Made by a program: the position numbers and the translations under genes
Shown: positions 50,813 to 61,892 of the stretch, piece after piece
Numbering within the stretch: the stretch's first letter is position 1
Layout: every line of letters starts with the position of its first letter
NCBI GenBank assembly: GCA_044347345.1
Contig: JBIKUX010000004.1
Span: 32,001-96,000 of the forward strand
DNA from: Bdellovibrionota bacterium
GTDB lineage: Bacteria; Bdellovibrionota_C; UBA2361; JBIKUX01
Length of the DNA stretch: 64,000 nt
Direction: 5' to 3'
Notes under the pieces: model-generated
Seen by the model: the letters and a program-made list of their open reading frames with translations, nothing else
Told to the model about the DNA's origin: nothing
Databases searched by the model: none

Positions 50813-51505
50813 ATGTCATCTCAGTCAAAAACAAATCTACCGCAGATAATTGGGCGAAAGCTCGGAATGGCTCAGGTGTTTCGCCCTGACGGAACCTGTA
50901 TAGCTGTCACGGTCATCGAGGCCGGTCCCAATCAGGTGTTAGGGTTAAAGTCTTCTTCAGATCATGGATATGAAGCCGTCCGAGTCGGATTTTCGCCTAT
51001 ACCGGGTAAACGGCTGTCTCAGGCAGTAAAAGGTGAGTTCATAAAAGCTGAGACTCCTAGTTTTAGATTTGTTCGCGAACTAAGATGCTCAGCCGATATA
51101 TTAGGTGTAGCGTCGGTTGGTGATACAGTTGAGTTAGGCTCAATGTTTCCAGCAGGTACCTATGTTGATGTATCTGGGACATCTATCGGTAAGGGGTTTT
51201 CAGGGGTTGTAAAGCGGTTTCATTCCAAAGGTCAACCGATGAGTCGAGGGACTCACGAGTATCGGCGTCATATTGGGGCTGTTGGTTGTCGGAAGTTTCC
51301 AGGTAGGATTTTCAAAAACAAGAAAATGCCGGGTAGAATGGGTGGTGAGAAAGTAACTATTCAGAATCTTGAAGTAGTAGATGTTCATGCCGACAAGCAT
51401 ATTCTTCTGGTAAAGGGTGGAATTCCTGGTCCAAAAGGTAGCCTTGTAAAAGTAAAAGTGGCAATTAAGCGCATCTCTAAAATTGGGAGTGGAAATGGAA
51501 GTTAG
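50813..51505 (+). CDS. rplC: 50S protein L3
   Basis: GRKLGM.QVF, SIGKGFSGVVKR, KMPGRMG. Confidence 0.97.
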   Translation: MSSQSKTNLPQIIGRKLGMAQVFRPDGTCIAVTVIEAGPNQVLGLKSSSDHGYEAVRVGFSPIPGKRLSQAVKGEFIKAETPSFRFVRELRCSADILGVASVGDTVELGSMFPAGTYVDVSGTSIGKGFSGVVKRFHSKGQPMSRGTHEYRRHIGAVGCRKFPGRIFKNKKMPGRMGGEKVTIQNLEVVDVHADKHILLVKGGIPGPKGSLVKVKVAIKRISKIGSGNGS

Positions 51506-52151
51506 TTTACGCTCAGTGGATGGGCTAGAAATAGGACGTCATCAAATAAAAACCTGTATTTCACAGTCAGGTAGCAATTACGAAGGATATGCTCCCTTAG
51601 TTCATGAGGTGTATGTTTGTTCTGCTTTAAAGTTTAGGCAGGGTACTCATTCAACTATTAACAAAGCTGCATTTAAGGGCGGTAGCCGAAAGCCATGGAG
51701 GCAAAAAGGCTCTGGAAGAGCTAGAGCTGGTGGAGCTGATTCACCTATCTGGGTTGGAGGGGCAATAGCTCATGGCCCCACACCTAATAAGAATTACCTC
51801 AGAAGGATGAGTTCAAGAAGTAAAGCATTGGCTCTTAGTGCTCTTTTGTGTTCAAGATCTGCTGAAGGCTCTCTTTTCGGGTTAGATAGTTCGCTTTCGT
51901 TATCCGCGAAGACGAAAGATGCAGACAGAGTCCTCAAGAGTTGTTTCTCTAACCAGAACTCAAAGATTCTCTTCGTTATTTCAGGGAAAGATGGTGATTC
52001 TCTGATTGCAAGAGCTGTAAGAAATATCCCTTACGTTTGGGTTTGTGAAGTTGGAAAAATAGGGGTGGCTGAAGTTTTACATACAGGTGCAGTAGTTTTT
52101 ACAGCTGAAAGTTTGGAACTGTTACCGAAACGGTTTGAAAGATGGCTATAG
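51495..52151 (+). CDS. rplD: 50S protein L4 (divergent)
   Basis: RQGTHST, KPWRQKGSGRARAG, GGAIAHGP. Confidence 0.95.
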   Translation: MEVSLRSVDGLEIGRHQIKTCISQSGSNYEGYAPLVHEVYVCSALKFRQGTHSTINKAAFKGGSRKPWRQKGSGRARAGGADSPIWVGGAIAHGPTPNKNYLRRMSSRSKALALSALLCSRSAEGSLFGLDSSLSLSAKTKDADRVLKSCFSNQNSKILFVISGKDGDSLIARAVRNIPYVWVCEVGKIGVAEVLHTGAVVFTAESLELLPKRFERWL

Positions 52152-52213
52152 GCAATGTTTCTTAGTTTTTGGTCCGTAGTTTAAGTACTTAGTTACTAAT
52201 TATAGGGTGTAGT

Positions 52214-52522
52214 ATGGATGAGAGTAATAAAGTTTCTCTCCGATCATTTAAGGTATTAAAAAGGCCTTTAGTCACTGAAAAAAGTGCAGGTGGTTTAGGA
52301 GAAAGAACGTTTTCTTTTGAGATTGACAGCAGAGCTACAAAAAACGACGTGCGTAGAGCAGTAGCAGCTTTGTTTAATGTAAAAGTCGAATCAGTAAGAA
52401 CCTTATCGATTCTCGGTAAGATAAAGCGTACAGCTCGTGGGTCAACTAGGCGTGCCGGTATTAAGAAAGCATATGTAACACTAGTTCCTGGTGAACGTTT
52501 AGAACTAGTTGAGGGAATATAA
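52214..52522 (+). CDS. rplW: 50S protein L23
   Basis: [27 protein letters not shown]. Confidence 0.96.
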   Translation: MDESNKVSLRSFKVLKRPLVTEKSAGGLGERTFSFEIDSRATKNDVRRAVAALFNVKVESVRTLSILGKIKRTARGSTRRAGIKKAYVTLVPGERLELVEGI

Positions 52523-52524
52523 AA

Positions 52525-53346
52525 ATGGGAATGAAAAAGTATAGACCGGTCACTCCAGCACGTCGGCAGTATTCCGTTTCCGATTTCAGTGAAATCACCT
52601 GTGATAAGCCAGAGCGCTCATTACTTGCGCCGATTAGGAGAACCGGTGGTCGGAATAATCAGGGAAGGGCAACAAATATTAATAAGGGTTCCGGTCACAA
52701 GAAGCGCTATCGCATAATCGATTTTCGTCGAGACAAGGTTGGTATTACAGCTGAAGTAGCAACAATAGAGTATGATCCCAATCGTTCTGTTCGCATAGCT
52801 TTGCTTAAATATAAGGACGGTGATAAGCGTTATATTCTTGCGCCTTTATTGCTAAAGGTAGGAGACGTTGTATCGTCTGGGAACACGGCTGAGATTAAGC
52901 CAGGTAACGCTCTTCCATTGAAAGTTATCCCGACTGGGCAACCTATTCATGCGATTGAGCTCAAGCCAGGTAAAGGTGCACAACTCGTCCGCTCTGCAGG
53001 AAATTCAGCTCAGCTTGTAGCGAAGGAGGGTCGTTATGTGTTAATTAAGCTTCCTTCAGGTGAAATGAGGCGTGTTCTTGATTCGTGCATGGCCTCAATC
53101 GGTGTGCTGAGTAATCCCGAGCATTCTAACATAGAGCTTGGAAAGGCTGGAAGGAGTAGATGGTTGGGTCGCCGTCCACATAACAGGGGGGTTACCAAAA
53201 ATCCAGTGGATCACCCAATGGGAGGCGGAGAGGGTCGTACTTCAGGTGGTAGGCATCCTTGCTCCCCAACAGCTATACCTGCAAAAGGGTTTAAGACTAG
53301 AAAAAACAAAAGGACAGAGCGTTTTATTTTAAGACGCCGTCAATAA
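52525..53346 (+). CDS. rplB: 50S protein L2
   Basis: [24 protein letters not shown]. Confidence 0.99.
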   Translation: MGMKKYRPVTPARRQYSVSDFSEITCDKPERSLLAPIRRTGGRNNQGRATNINKGSGHKKRYRIIDFRRDKVGITAEVATIEYDPNRSVRIALLKYKDGDKRYILAPLLLKVGDVVSSGNTAEIKPGNALPLKVIPTGQPIHAIELKPGKGAQLVRSAGNSAQLVAKEGRYVLIKLPSGEMRRVLDSCMASIGVLSNPEHSNIELGKAGRSRWLGRRPHNRGVTKNPVDHPMGGGEGRTSGGRHPCSPTAIPAKGFKTRKNKRTERFILRRRQ

Positions 53347-53395
53347 AATTATATTAGTTTTTTGGTTTACCAATTAATGTTTTAGAAGAAGTTAT

Positions 53396-53668
53396 ATGGC
53401 ACGTTCACTAAAAAAAGGACCTTTTGTGGATAACAGTCTACAAAAGTGGTTAAATCGCGTAAAATCAGGTCTTCACCGGGGTCCAATAAAAACATGGTCT
53501 AGGCGGTCAACGATCACTCCGGACATGATAGGGGTTTCGTTTGCGGTACACAATGGGAAGCAATTTACTGCTGTATTTGTGACAGAAAACATGGTTGGTC
53601 ATAAGTTAGGTGAGTTTTCACCTACGCGCAATTACCATGGGCATACTTCTAAAAAGGGCAGTAAATAG
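53396..53668 (+). CDS. rpsS: 30S protein S19
   Basis: [23 protein letters not shown]. Confidence 0.99.
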   Translation: MARSLKKGPFVDNSLQKWLNRVKSGLHRGPIKTWSRRSTITPDMIGVSFAVHNGKQFTAVFVTENMVGHKLGEFSPTRNYHGHTSKKGSK

Positions 53669-53688
53669 AGACAGGCTGGAGTTTGGTT

Positions 53689-54057
53689 ATGGCAAAAGAA
53701 ATAAAAAAAAGTCGGCCTGTAAAGCCAGTGGCAAAAGCAATTCTTAGGAATGTGCATATTTCACCTCGTAAGCTCAGGCTTGTTGCTGATTCTGTACGTG
53801 GAAAGCAGGTGGAATTAGCGTTAAATATCCTCGGAGTTACACCCAAAAAAGGTGCTCGTTTAGCTGAAAAAGTATTGAAGTCAGCCATTGCAAACGCGCA
53901 TTCAAAGCACGGCGTAGATATTGATGCCTTATGGATTAGTCAAATTTATGTTGACATGGGACGAACCTTAAAGCGTTTTATGCCTCGAGCGCAGGGAAGA
54001 GCCACACCGATCCGAAAGCGTTTTTCTCATATGATAATTGAAGTAGGTATACGGTAG
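53689..54057 (+). CDS. rplV: 50S protein L22
   Basis: [21 protein letters not shown]. Confidence 0.98.
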   Translation: MAKEIKKSRPVKPVAKAILRNVHISPRKLRLVADSVRGKQVELALNILGVTPKKGARLAEKVLKSAIANAHSKHGVDIDALWISQIYVDMGRTLKRFMPRAQGRATPIRKRFSHMIIEVGIR

Positions 54058-54085
54058 GGTCTTTTTTAAGTTTTAAAAGGTAAGT

Positions 54086-54748
54086 ATGGGACAAAAAGTT
54101 AATCCGAACGGACTGCGGCTGGGGCTGTTACGCAATTGGAATTCGCGTTGGTTTGCGACAAAGGAAAGTGGCCGGTATATTGGTGAGGATAGGAAACTTC
54201 GTAAATTTGTTAAAGACAGGCTTAGTAGTGCCGGAATTGCTCGTGTAGAAATTGAAAGAGCTCCAGCTCGTGTTCGTATTCATATACATACAGCTAAACC
54301 TGGCTTAGTAATTGGGAAGAAAGGAAAGGACATTGAAGATTTAAAAGCTGTTTTACGGCGATTAGTGGGTAGAGACGTACTCGTTAACATCATTGAGTCT
54401 CGTAAGCCTGATACAGATGCTCAGTTAGTAGCAGAAGCTATTGCGTTTCAATTAGAGAGGCGAGTGAATTTTCGAAGAGCACTAAAAGAGGCAGTTAATC
54501 GCGCTTTGCGGGCCGGTGCTGAAGGTGTTAAAGTCTGCGTCTCCGGCAGACTAAATGGGGCTGAAATTGCGCGTTCTGAGAAGTATATGGAGGGTCGGGT
54601 ACCATTACATACATTGCGAGCAGACATTGATTATGCAACAGCTGAGGCTCAGACCACCTATGGTGTTATTGGAGTAAAAGCGTGGATTTTTAAAGGGGAG
54701 CGTTTTTCGAAGGCTGATGCTACACCAGTTGAAGCGCTTATTGTTTAA
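54086..54748 (+). CDS. rpsC: 30S protein S3
   Basis: [25 protein letters not shown]. Confidence 0.99.
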   Translation: MGQKVNPNGLRLGLLRNWNSRWFATKESGRYIGEDRKLRKFVKDRLSSAGIARVEIERAPARVRIHIHTAKPGLVIGKKGKDIEDLKAVLRRLVGRDVLVNIIESRKPDTDAQLVAEAIAFQLERRVNFRRALKEAVNRALRAGAEGVKVCVSGRLNGAEIARSEKYMEGRVPLHTLRADIDYATAEAQTTYGVIGVKAWIFKGERFSKADATPVEALIV

Positions 54749-54783
54749 TTTATATAGATTGATGGTGTAAGGTAAGGCAAGTC

Positions 54784-55209
54784 ATGTTAGTTCCAAAAAA
54801 ACCGAGATATAGGAAGCAGCAAAAGCAAGTTCGTCATCTGCTAGGCCAAGAGACCAGGGGATGTAATCTTGAGTACGGTGATTATGGGATTCGTGCAGTT
54901 GAGTCAGGTTGGATAACGGCTAGGCAGATCGAAGCCGCTCGTATAGCAATCAGTCGGCGAGCAAAAAGAGGTGGAAAAATCTGGATAAAGATTTTTCCTG
55001 ATAAGCCAATCACAAAGAAGCCTGCTGAGACAAGAATGGGTAGTGGGAAAGGGTCGCCTGAATATTGGGTAGCTGAAGTTAGAGCTGGTAGGGTCTTATA
55101 TGAAATAACTGGTGTATCTAAGGATATTGCTATAGAGGCTTTGCAGCTTGCAGTAAGTAAGTTGCCCATTAAATGTAAATTCGTAGAAAGAATGGAAACT
55201 ATTCTATAG
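54784..55209 (+). CDS. rplP: 50S protein L16
   Basis: [25 protein letters not shown]. Confidence 0.99.
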   Translation: MLVPKKPRYRKQQKQVRHLLGQETRGCNLEYGDYGIRAVESGWITARQIEAARIAISRRAKRGGKIWIKIFPDKPITKKPAETRMGSGKGSPEYWVAEVRAGRVLYEITGVSKDIAIEALQLAVSKLPIKCKFVERMETIL

Positions 55210-55274
55210 GATGGGAAGGGGTCTTTTAAGTTTTAATGGCCTGTTAAGTAACTAATAACCCAGTTGACGTATAT

Positions 55275-55517
55275 ATGAAAAAAAAAGATTTTCTTAAATC
55301 CGCTAGGTCTTCATCACGCCAGGAAATACTTTCGCGAGCAGTCGAAGTTTCTGAGAGATTACTTCGAGCAAGGTTTTCAAAAGCGGCTGGGCAACTGGCC
55401 AGTTCAGCGGAAATTAAAAATATTAAGAAGGAATTAGCTCGGTATTTAACTGTTATGGCTGAAATTACGCCGATAAGCCAATCTAATGTTAATAAAGCAA
55501 ATGACAATATCAGCTAG
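55275..55517 (+). CDS. rpmC: 50S protein L29
   Basis: RF..A.GQL...EIKNIKKELAR..T; position. Confidence 0.9.
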   Translation: MKKKDFLKSARSSSRQEILSRAVEVSERLLRARFSKAAGQLASSAEIKNIKKELARYLTVMAEITPISQSNVNKANDNIS

Positions 55518-55564
55518 TAAAAATTAGTTTATTTTAGCAAGTTTAAAAATACTGGAGATACTCT

Positions 55565-55918
55565 GTGAGTAACGATAAGATTGTTGAAAGGCAACATACA
55601 GACATTAGCTGTTGCGATGGAAGTGAAATAAAGAAATCGTCTTTGAAAAAAACCCGTGAAGGGACAGTTGTTAGCAACCGTATGGATAAGACAATAGTAG
55701 TTTCTAGTATCGTTCCTGTAAAGCATAAAAAATATGGGAAGTTTGTTCGTATAACTAAGAAGTTTTATGCACATGACGAGCACAACCAGTGTTTAGTAGG
55801 AGATAGGGTAAAGATAGTTGAAACAAGGCCGCTTTCTAAAACAAAGAGGTGGCGTGTGGTTGAAGTTAAGGTAACAGCTGGTGATTCATCATTAGATGGA
55901 ATTCAAACTGTGGCCTAG
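55565..55918 (+). CDS. rpsQ: 30S protein S17
   Basis: [28 protein letters not shown]. Confidence 0.97.
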   Translation: MSNDKIVERQHTDISCCDGSEIKKSSLKKTREGTVVSNRMDKTIVVSSIVPVKHKKYGKFVRITKKFYAHDEHNQCLVGDRVKIVETRPLSKTKRWRVVEVKVTAGDSSLDGIQTVA

Positions 55919-55995
55919 GTATTTTATTAGTGTTTAATTTGTAAGAACCCGTCGGGAACTCATAAAGAATTACACCAGGCGGACGGAGACAGCCA

Positions 55996-56364
55996 ATGAT
56001 TAGTCTAAAAAGTGTTCTCTATGTAGCAGATAATACAGGTGCAAAGCGCGTCGTCTGCGTTAAGGTTTTAGGGGGGTCGCGTCGTCGCTATGCGTCTGTT
56101 GGTGATACGGTGGTAGTTTCAGTCAAGGAAGCTATACCGAACTCCAAGATCTCCAAGGGCGCTATTTATAAGGCTGTAGTCGTAAGAACCGCAAAAGAAG
56201 TATCTCGTAATGATGGCTCTTATATAAAGTTTGACGATAATAGTGTAGTTCTTATAAATCCAACCGGTGATCCAATAGGGACAAGAATTTTTGGGCCGGT
56301 TGCTAGAGAGCTTCGTGCAAAAAAGTTTATGAAAATTATTTCATTGGCACCAGAAGTCCTATAG
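55996..56364 (+). CDS. rplN: 50S protein L14
   Basis: [26 protein letters not shown]. Confidence 0.99.
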   Translation: MISLKSVLYVADNTGAKRVVCVKVLGGSRRRYASVGDTVVVSVKEAIPNSKISKGAIYKAVVVRTAKEVSRNDGSYIKFDDNSVVLINPTGDPIGTRIFGPVARELRAKKFMKIISLAPEVL

Positions 56365-56469
56365 TCTCCTAGAATTATCTCAGGGTTATGCTAGTGAAAC
56401 TGGACTAGAAAAACATTGGACGGTTGTCAATAAACTTTTGATTGAATATAAATTTACTTGGATTGGCTA

Positions 56470-56814
56470 ATGAGAGAGACAAAATTAAAAGAAGGTGATA
56501 CGGTTCTTATTATTGCTGGCGGTAATAAATCCAGTAATCAGCTAAAGGGTAGAACCGGAAAAATTATCAGGTTTGTTGGTTCCCGTCGTGTATTAGTTTC
56601 TGGATTAAATTTAGTATCAAAGCATAAGCGCGCTCAATCGGCAGATAAACCAGCGGGTATTAAACTTGTTGAAGCTCCTATTAGCATTGCAAATGTTATG
56701 TTTTACGTTGATTCAATTCAAAGGCCTGTCAGGTTGAAACTGCAAAAGAGGCCAGATGGAAAAAACATTCGTGGTTACTTAGATCCAGTTACAAAAGGGT
56801 TTGTCCCAGTTTAG
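56470..56814 (+). CDS. rplX: 50S protein L24
   Basis: KEGDTV.IIAG, EAPISIANV. Confidence 0.95.
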   Translation: MRETKLKEGDTVLIIAGGNKSSNQLKGRTGKIIRFVGSRRVLVSGLNLVSKHKRAQSADKPAGIKLVEAPISIANVMFYVDSIQRPVRLKLQKRPDGKNIRGYLDPVTKGFVPV

Positions 56815-56857
56815 GCTTTAAATATTCGTTTAATTTACTGTAAGTAAAAGAAAAGTC

Positions 56858-57409
56858 ATGACCGATCTAGCAGAAAAATATCATTCAGTAGTAGTTCCTG
56901 CCCTTCAGAGCCGTTTTAATTATAGCTCTTGTATGCAAGTTCCAAAGTTATCAAAGATTGTTCTCAATATGGGTATCGCTGAAGCGGCATCAAACAATAA
57001 AATTGTACAATTCGCCGAATATTCACTAAGTCAGATTTCTGGCCAGAAGCCAGTAGCAACTAGGGCAAAAAAATCTGTTGCGGCTTTTAAGTTGAGGGAG
57101 GGGCAAATAATTGGTTGCATGGTCACTCTGCGTAAGCGAAGAATGTTCGATTTCCTTGAAAGGCTTTTTTATGTGGCTCTTCCTCGTGTAAGAGATTTTC
57201 GAGGTATACCTCGTAGGGGCTTCGATGGAAATGGTAATTTTACTATGGGATTAAAGGAACAAATAGTTTTTCCAGAGATCGAAATAGATAAGCTCGATAA
57301 AGTAAGGGGTTTTGATATAACATTCGTCACCACGGCTAGGACGGACGAAGAGGGAAGGGTTCTGTTAGAGGAATTGGGTTTGCCTTTTAGAAAAAGTTCT
57401 GCAGCCTAA
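56858..57409 (+). CDS. rplE: 50S protein L5
   Basis: [26 protein letters not shown]. Confidence 0.99.
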   Translation: MTDLAEKYHSVVVPALQSRFNYSSCMQVPKLSKIVLNMGIAEAASNNKIVQFAEYSLSQISGQKPVATRAKKSVAAFKLREGQIIGCMVTLRKRRMFDFLERLFYVALPRVRDFRGIPRRGFDGNGNFTMGLKEQIVFPEIEIDKLDKVRGFDITFVTTARTDEEGRVLLEELGLPFRKSSAA

Positions 57410-57487
57410 CGTTAAGGGACTTTTTTGTGAAAGTGATGAGCTTTGGAGCTCATTAGGGAATAAAATTGCGTAGTTTAATTAAATGTT

Positions 57488-57889
57488 ATGGTAACCGACA
57501 CTGTTGCAGATGTTCTAACAAGAATCAGAAACGCTCAATTGGCTGGGCATAAATCGGTACGGGTTCCGACGTCTCGCATGGTTAGGAGGTTTCTTGATGT
57601 TTTGGTAGCGGAAGGATTTATTGATACTATTAGTGATGCGGTGGATAGCGAAACTGGATTCAGTTTTTTGGATGTTGGACTACGCTACTTACAAGATGGT
57701 CGTCCGCTAATTGCAACATGCACGCGCGTAAGCAAGCCTGGTCGACGGGTGTATTGTGGCACCGATTCTTTGAAGCAAAAAAAGTCTGGACTAGGAATAG
57801 CTGTTATTTCAACTTCTAAGGGCATCATGTCGGATAGGCAAGCAAAACGTTATGGGATAGGTGGGGAGGTTCTGGCCATAATTGGTTAA
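57488..57889 (+). CDS. rpsH: 30S protein S8
   Basis: D.LTRIRNA, SKPGRRVY, STSKG, GGEV. Confidence 0.98.
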   Translation: MVTDTVADVLTRIRNAQLAGHKSVRVPTSRMVRRFLDVLVAEGFIDTISDAVDSETGFSFLDVGLRYLQDGRPLIATCTRVSKPGRRVYCGTDSLKQKKSGLGIAVISTSKGIMSDRQAKRYGIGGEVLAIIG

Positions 57890-58020
57890 ATTCAAAGTTG
57901 CATTAAGTCTAATTACAGAAATTTGATACGATAGAATCATTTGGATTTAAATTACCAGTCAAGCTAAAATATTAGACAAGTCAGTCTACCTAAAATTGTC
58001 GAAAGGAACGAATATTTAAA

Positions 58021-58560
58021 ATGTCAAGAGTAGGAAAAAAGCCAATAGTTATCCCAAGTGGGGTAGATGTAGGGATTGATTATCCCAGTATCGCAGTTAA
58101 GGGGCCAAAAGGCTCACTTTCCATCAAGGTTGGTCGGGGAATTAGCGTAAAAAAGATAGATCAAACCATTCAAATTGGTTGCGATTATCCCTCTGATAAG
58201 CAGTGCAGAGCAAATTTCGGAACAGCCCGGGCGCTTATAGCAAACATGGTAGCTGGTGTTAGTACTGGCTGGAAAAAGTCACTTGAAATGACTGGCGTTG
58301 GGTTTAGCGCAAAATTAAACGGTTCCAAGCTTGTACTCAACGTAGGCTTTTCTCATGAGGTGGAACTTGAAGTCCCTTCAGGTGTTGTCTGCTCAGTAGG
58401 AAAGACGTCAGTAGCTCTTGAGGGCTGTGATAAAAGTTCCTTAAGTAATTTTGCCGCAAAAGTTCGTTCTATTCAGCCACCAGAGCCTTATCTTGGGAAA
58501 GGGATCAGGTATAGTGATGAAACTATACGGCGTAAAGCTGGTAAGACAGGGAAAAAATAG
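58021..58560 (+). CDS. rplF: 50S protein L6
   Basis: MSRVGKKPI, PPEPY.GKGIRY. Confidence 0.98.
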   Translation: MSRVGKKPIVIPSGVDVGIDYPSIAVKGPKGSLSIKVGRGISVKKIDQTIQIGCDYPSDKQCRANFGTARALIANMVAGVSTGWKKSLEMTGVGFSAKLNGSKLVLNVGFSHEVELEVPSGVVCSVGKTSVALEGCDKSSLSNFAAKVRSIQPPEPYLGKGIRYSDETIRRKAGKTGKK

Positions 58561-58609
58561 CAGTGAAGAGTATTAAGCTATTGTGTTAGCTATTGAAAGG
58601 TAAAACATT

Positions 58610-58990
58610 ATGGAAGCTGAAAAGCGTAAGCGTCGGGCCGCTCTTGTTCGAAGTAAAATTAGGATAAGAAAAAAAATTTTTGGTACTGTTGGTCGTCCAC
58701 GCCTGACTGTTTTTCGCAGTGATAAACATATATATGCCCAATTGGTTAACGATGATAGGTCAACAACCCTTGCTGCTGCCTCAACTAAGGAACATGAGAT
58801 TATAGCTCGTGTTCCCTCTGGGAAAAGTTTGAAAAGTATTGAGGCGGCTCACACCGTTGGGTTGGTTCTAGGTGAGAGAGCGAAACAGGCTGGTATTACT
58901 TCCGTTGTATTTGATCGGAATGGTCTTCCTTATCACGGAAGAATAAAAGGACTGGCTGATGGTGCACGGGGTGCTGGGTTACAGTTTTAG
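58610..58990 (+). CDS. rplR: 50S protein L18
   Basis: RPRL.VFRS.KHIYAQ, FDRNG..YHGR. Confidence 0.98.
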   Translation: MEAEKRKRRAALVRSKIRIRKKIFGTVGRPRLTVFRSDKHIYAQLVNDDRSTTLAAASTKEHEIIARVPSGKSLKSIEAAHTVGLVLGERAKQAGITSVVFDRNGLPYHGRIKGLADGARGAGLQF

Positions 58991-59002
58991 TTGGAGATGT
59001 TG

Positions 59003-59536
59003 ATGAGTACAGAGGGAAGCCGTTTAAATAAGGCTCGGATTGAAGAGGTAGGCGAGATTACAGAAAAGACTGTTGCTATCAATCGAGTTTCGAAAGTAGT
59101 AAAAGGGGGTCGTAGATTCAGCTTTAATGCTTTGGTAGTGTGCGGTGATGGACGCGGTCATGTAGGATTTGGTCTCGGAAAAGCGGCCGAAGTTCCTGAT
59201 GCAATTAGGAAAGCTACTGAGCAAGCTCGAAAGTCCTTAGTAAAAGTTCCGGTGCGAGGTACTACCATTCCGCATGAAGTTGTTGGAAAGTTTGGACCAA
59301 CATCAGTTCTTCTTAAACCTGCTAAGCCGGGTACAGGTGTGATAGCTGGTTCAGCTGTCAGAGCAATTGTAGACGCTGCCGGGATTAGAGACATTCGTAC
59401 TAAGTGTATCGGGTCAAATAATGCACATAATGTTTTACACGCAGTGATGGAAGGTCTCGGTAGGCTCACCAATCCGGAGATGGTAGCACTTGCTAGAAAA
59501 ATTCCTTTGGAAGATCTTAATTATGCACCTTATTAA
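59003..59536 (+). CDS. rpsE: 30S protein S5
   Basis: [23 protein letters not shown] before ATG 59003. Confidence 0.98.
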   Translation: MSTEGSRLNKARIEEVGEITEKTVAINRVSKVVKGGRRFSFNALVVCGDGRGHVGFGLGKAAEVPDAIRKATEQARKSLVKVPVRGTTIPHEVVGKFGPTSVLLKPAKPGTGVIAGSAVRAIVDAAGIRDIRTKCIGSNNAHNVLHAVMEGLGRLTNPEMVALARKIPLEDLNYAPY

Positions 59537-59676
59537 AGTATAGTTTAGCTTTCTGGATTCTATTCAAAATAGTATTAGAAAAATTAAATCATATAATTAG
59601 GTTCGTCTAGCTAACGGTATATTACGTTTTGAATTTTATTTTTAAATTGCTTTCTTAATTCATAAAAAAGGTAAAT

Positions 59677-59895
59677 ATGTCTATTAATGAGACAATCAAG
59701 AAAACAACGGGTGATAAGATAATTCAAGTGACTTTGGTGCGAAGTCCATCTGGAAATAATAAGCGTATAAAGAGCACTTTAGAGGCTCTGGGTTTAACCT
59801 GGGTCGGTAGATCTCGTCAACATGTAGTAAACATGCCAGTGTTAGGAATGGTAAAGAAAGTAAACCATTTGGTAAGAGTTTCGTTACTATCTTAA
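59677..59895 (+). CDS. rpmD: 50S protein L30
   Basis: VTLVRS..G, TL.ALGL, GMV.KV.HLV. Confidence 0.93.
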   Translation: MSINETIKKTTGDKIIQVTLVRSPSGNNKRIKSTLEALGLTWVGRSRQHVVNMPVLGMVKKVNHLVRVSLLS

Positions 59896-59941
59896 GGTAA
59901 GGCTTGAGGTGGGTATATTTGTTGTGATTTAGGAGTTTTTC

Positions 59942-60445
59942 ATGCGTAGTCATTCAATAGAGCCGTCGATAGGCAGTCGCAAAACTCGCAAAAGAGTAGG
60001 CCGTGGAGAAGGTAGCGGACTTGGAAAGACCTGCGGTAGAGGTGGAAAGGGACAGACAGCGCGGTCCGGCGGTACCATCCATCGTCATTTTGAGGGTGGA
60101 CAGATGCCCTTATATAGGAGAATTCCTAAATTGGGCTTCAGTTCACCAATTAGGCGTGCACGTAAAAATATATTTCATGTGGTTGGTCTCTCAGACGTTT
60201 TGTCATGGGTTAAAGGTGTGGACTCCTCGGAGAGCGGTGTCGTGATGGTCGATGCCTATCAAATTGGTAGAAAAGGTAGGAAGTGGAATTCACGCAAATA
60301 TCCTGCTGGAGTGAAGGTCTTAGGTGATTGTAGTGACAAAGTTGGTGTACGCATTACACTCAGAACGACCGCAGTATCCAGTTCTGTACGAGATGCAGTT
60401 GAGGCAGCCGGTGGTAACATCGAGATAGTGCCGCCAGCCTTGTAG
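59942..60445 (+). CDS. rplO: 50S protein L15
   Basis: RVGRG.GSG.GKT.GRG.KGQ.AR, FEGGQMPL.RR.PK. Confidence 0.97.
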   Translation: MRSHSIEPSIGSRKTRKRVGRGEGSGLGKTCGRGGKGQTARSGGTIHRHFEGGQMPLYRRIPKLGFSSPIRRARKNIFHVVGLSDVLSWVKGVDSSESGVVMVDAYQIGRKGRKWNSRKYPAGVKVLGDCSDKVGVRITLRTTAVSSSVRDAVEAAGGNIEIVPPAL

Positions 60446-60531
60446 GGTAAATTAATTGTTGAGTTAGAGAAATTAGCATACAGGTGTGATGTTCAACTGT
60501 AAAATTGTTAACTTAAACTAATAAGAGGTTT

Positions 60532-61857
60532 GTGTTAGGTACTGATGCCTTTGGAAAAATACCTGAACTCAGACGTCGAGTTTTGGTCACACTAGGTTTA
60601 CTTGCTGTATATCGTCTGGGAGTTTTTGTTTCAGTTCCTGGTATAGATGTAGCTAAATTAAAAGCTATGTTTCAGGCAGGCTCCGGTTCCTTATTTGGTT
60701 TAGTAAACATGTTTTCCGGCGGAGCTCTTGAGAATTTCTCAATTTTTACGTTAGGGATTGCTCCGTATATTTCTGTGTCGATTATTGTGCAATTGCTTAC
60801 GCCCTCAATACCTGCTCTAGATGCACTGAAAAAAGAGGGGGAAGCTGGTAAAAGGGTTCTGACGAGGTACACTCGGATTGGTACAATCCTACTTGCTCTT
60901 ATTCAGGGTTTCATGATTGCTCTTGGCCTTGAAAGTCAAGGACTCACTCAAACCGGTGGTTTGGCTTTTCAAATTACTACGGCTGTTACACTCACTTCAG
61001 GGACGGCCTTTATAATGTGGTTGGGGGAGCAGATAACTGAACGGGGAATTGGGAATGGAATAAGCATTATCATTTTTGCAGGGATAGTCGCAAGAATGCC
61101 TAGTGTGTTTTTGTCCACGATTGTTCTAGGACGTACTGGTTCAATTTTACCGTCAGCTATATTCTTAGCCTTTTTAGTTTGTGTTTTTACTGTAGCAGTG
61201 ATTGTATTTGTTGAAAGGTCTCATAGAAAAATACCTGTTCAGTACCCAAAACGTATGTTGGCAAACGGAGTATCGCAGGCACAAACTCAATTTATGCCAC
61301 TTAAGGTAAACATGGTAGGAGTTATACCCCCCATATTCGCTTCGGCTTTATTAGTTATTCCAGGCTATTTTGCAGGACTTAGCGAAAACCAGGTGGTTTC
61401 TGTTGTGTTGTCCTATCTAGCTCCTGGTCGCGCGGTTTATGAGATTCTGTTCGCCTCCTTAATAATTATTTTTAGTTTTTTTTACACATCAATAATTTTC
61501 AATCCTGAAGAGGTGGCTGAAAATTTAAAAAAAAATGGGGGCTTTATTCCCACAGTTCGGCCAGGGAAATCCACGGCAGAGTATCTATTTCAGGTTCTAA
61601 ATAGGCTTACAGTATGGGGTGCAATTTATATTGCAGCTATTTGCATTATTCCTCAGGTGATTTACATGAATCTTGGTGTCAATGATTTTGCTTACGTTTT
61701 CGGTGGTACAGCGATATTGATTGTAGTTGGCGTAACTCTTGATACTGCGGCTCAAATAGAGTCCTACATTGTTACTCGTAACTACGAAAGTTTTTTAACA
61801 AAGGCAAAGAGAGGAAGTGTTTTAGGTGGCCGCCGAGGAAGGTTTCTTCAGCGATAA
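60532..61857 (+). CDS. secY: Preprotein translocase SecY
   Basis: LGI.PYI, WLGEQITERGIGNG, GVIPPIFA, GG.IP.VRPG. Confidence 0.98.
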   Translation: MLGTDAFGKIPELRRRVLVTLGLLAVYRLGVFVSVPGIDVAKLKAMFQAGSGSLFGLVNMFSGGALENFSIFTLGIAPYISVSIIVQLLTPSIPALDALKKEGEAGKRVLTRYTRIGTILLALIQGFMIALGLESQGLTQTGGLAFQITTAVTLTSGTAFIMWLGEQITERGIGNGISIIIFAGIVARMPSVFLSTIVLGRTGSILPSAIFLAFLVCVFTVAVIVFVERSHRKIPVQYPKRMLANGVSQAQTQFMPLKVNMVGVIPPIFASALLVIPGYFAGLSENQVVSVVLSYLAPGRAVYEILFASLIIIFSFFYTSIIFNPEEVAENLKKNGGFIPTVRPGKSTAEYLFQVLNRLTVWGAIYIAAICIIPQVIYMNLGVNDFAYVFGGTAILIVVGVTLDTAAQIESYIVTRNYESFLTKAKRGSVLGGRRGRFLQR

Positions 61858-61892
61858 CTTTTTTTGATTACATTGGTATTAAAAGCAAATCT

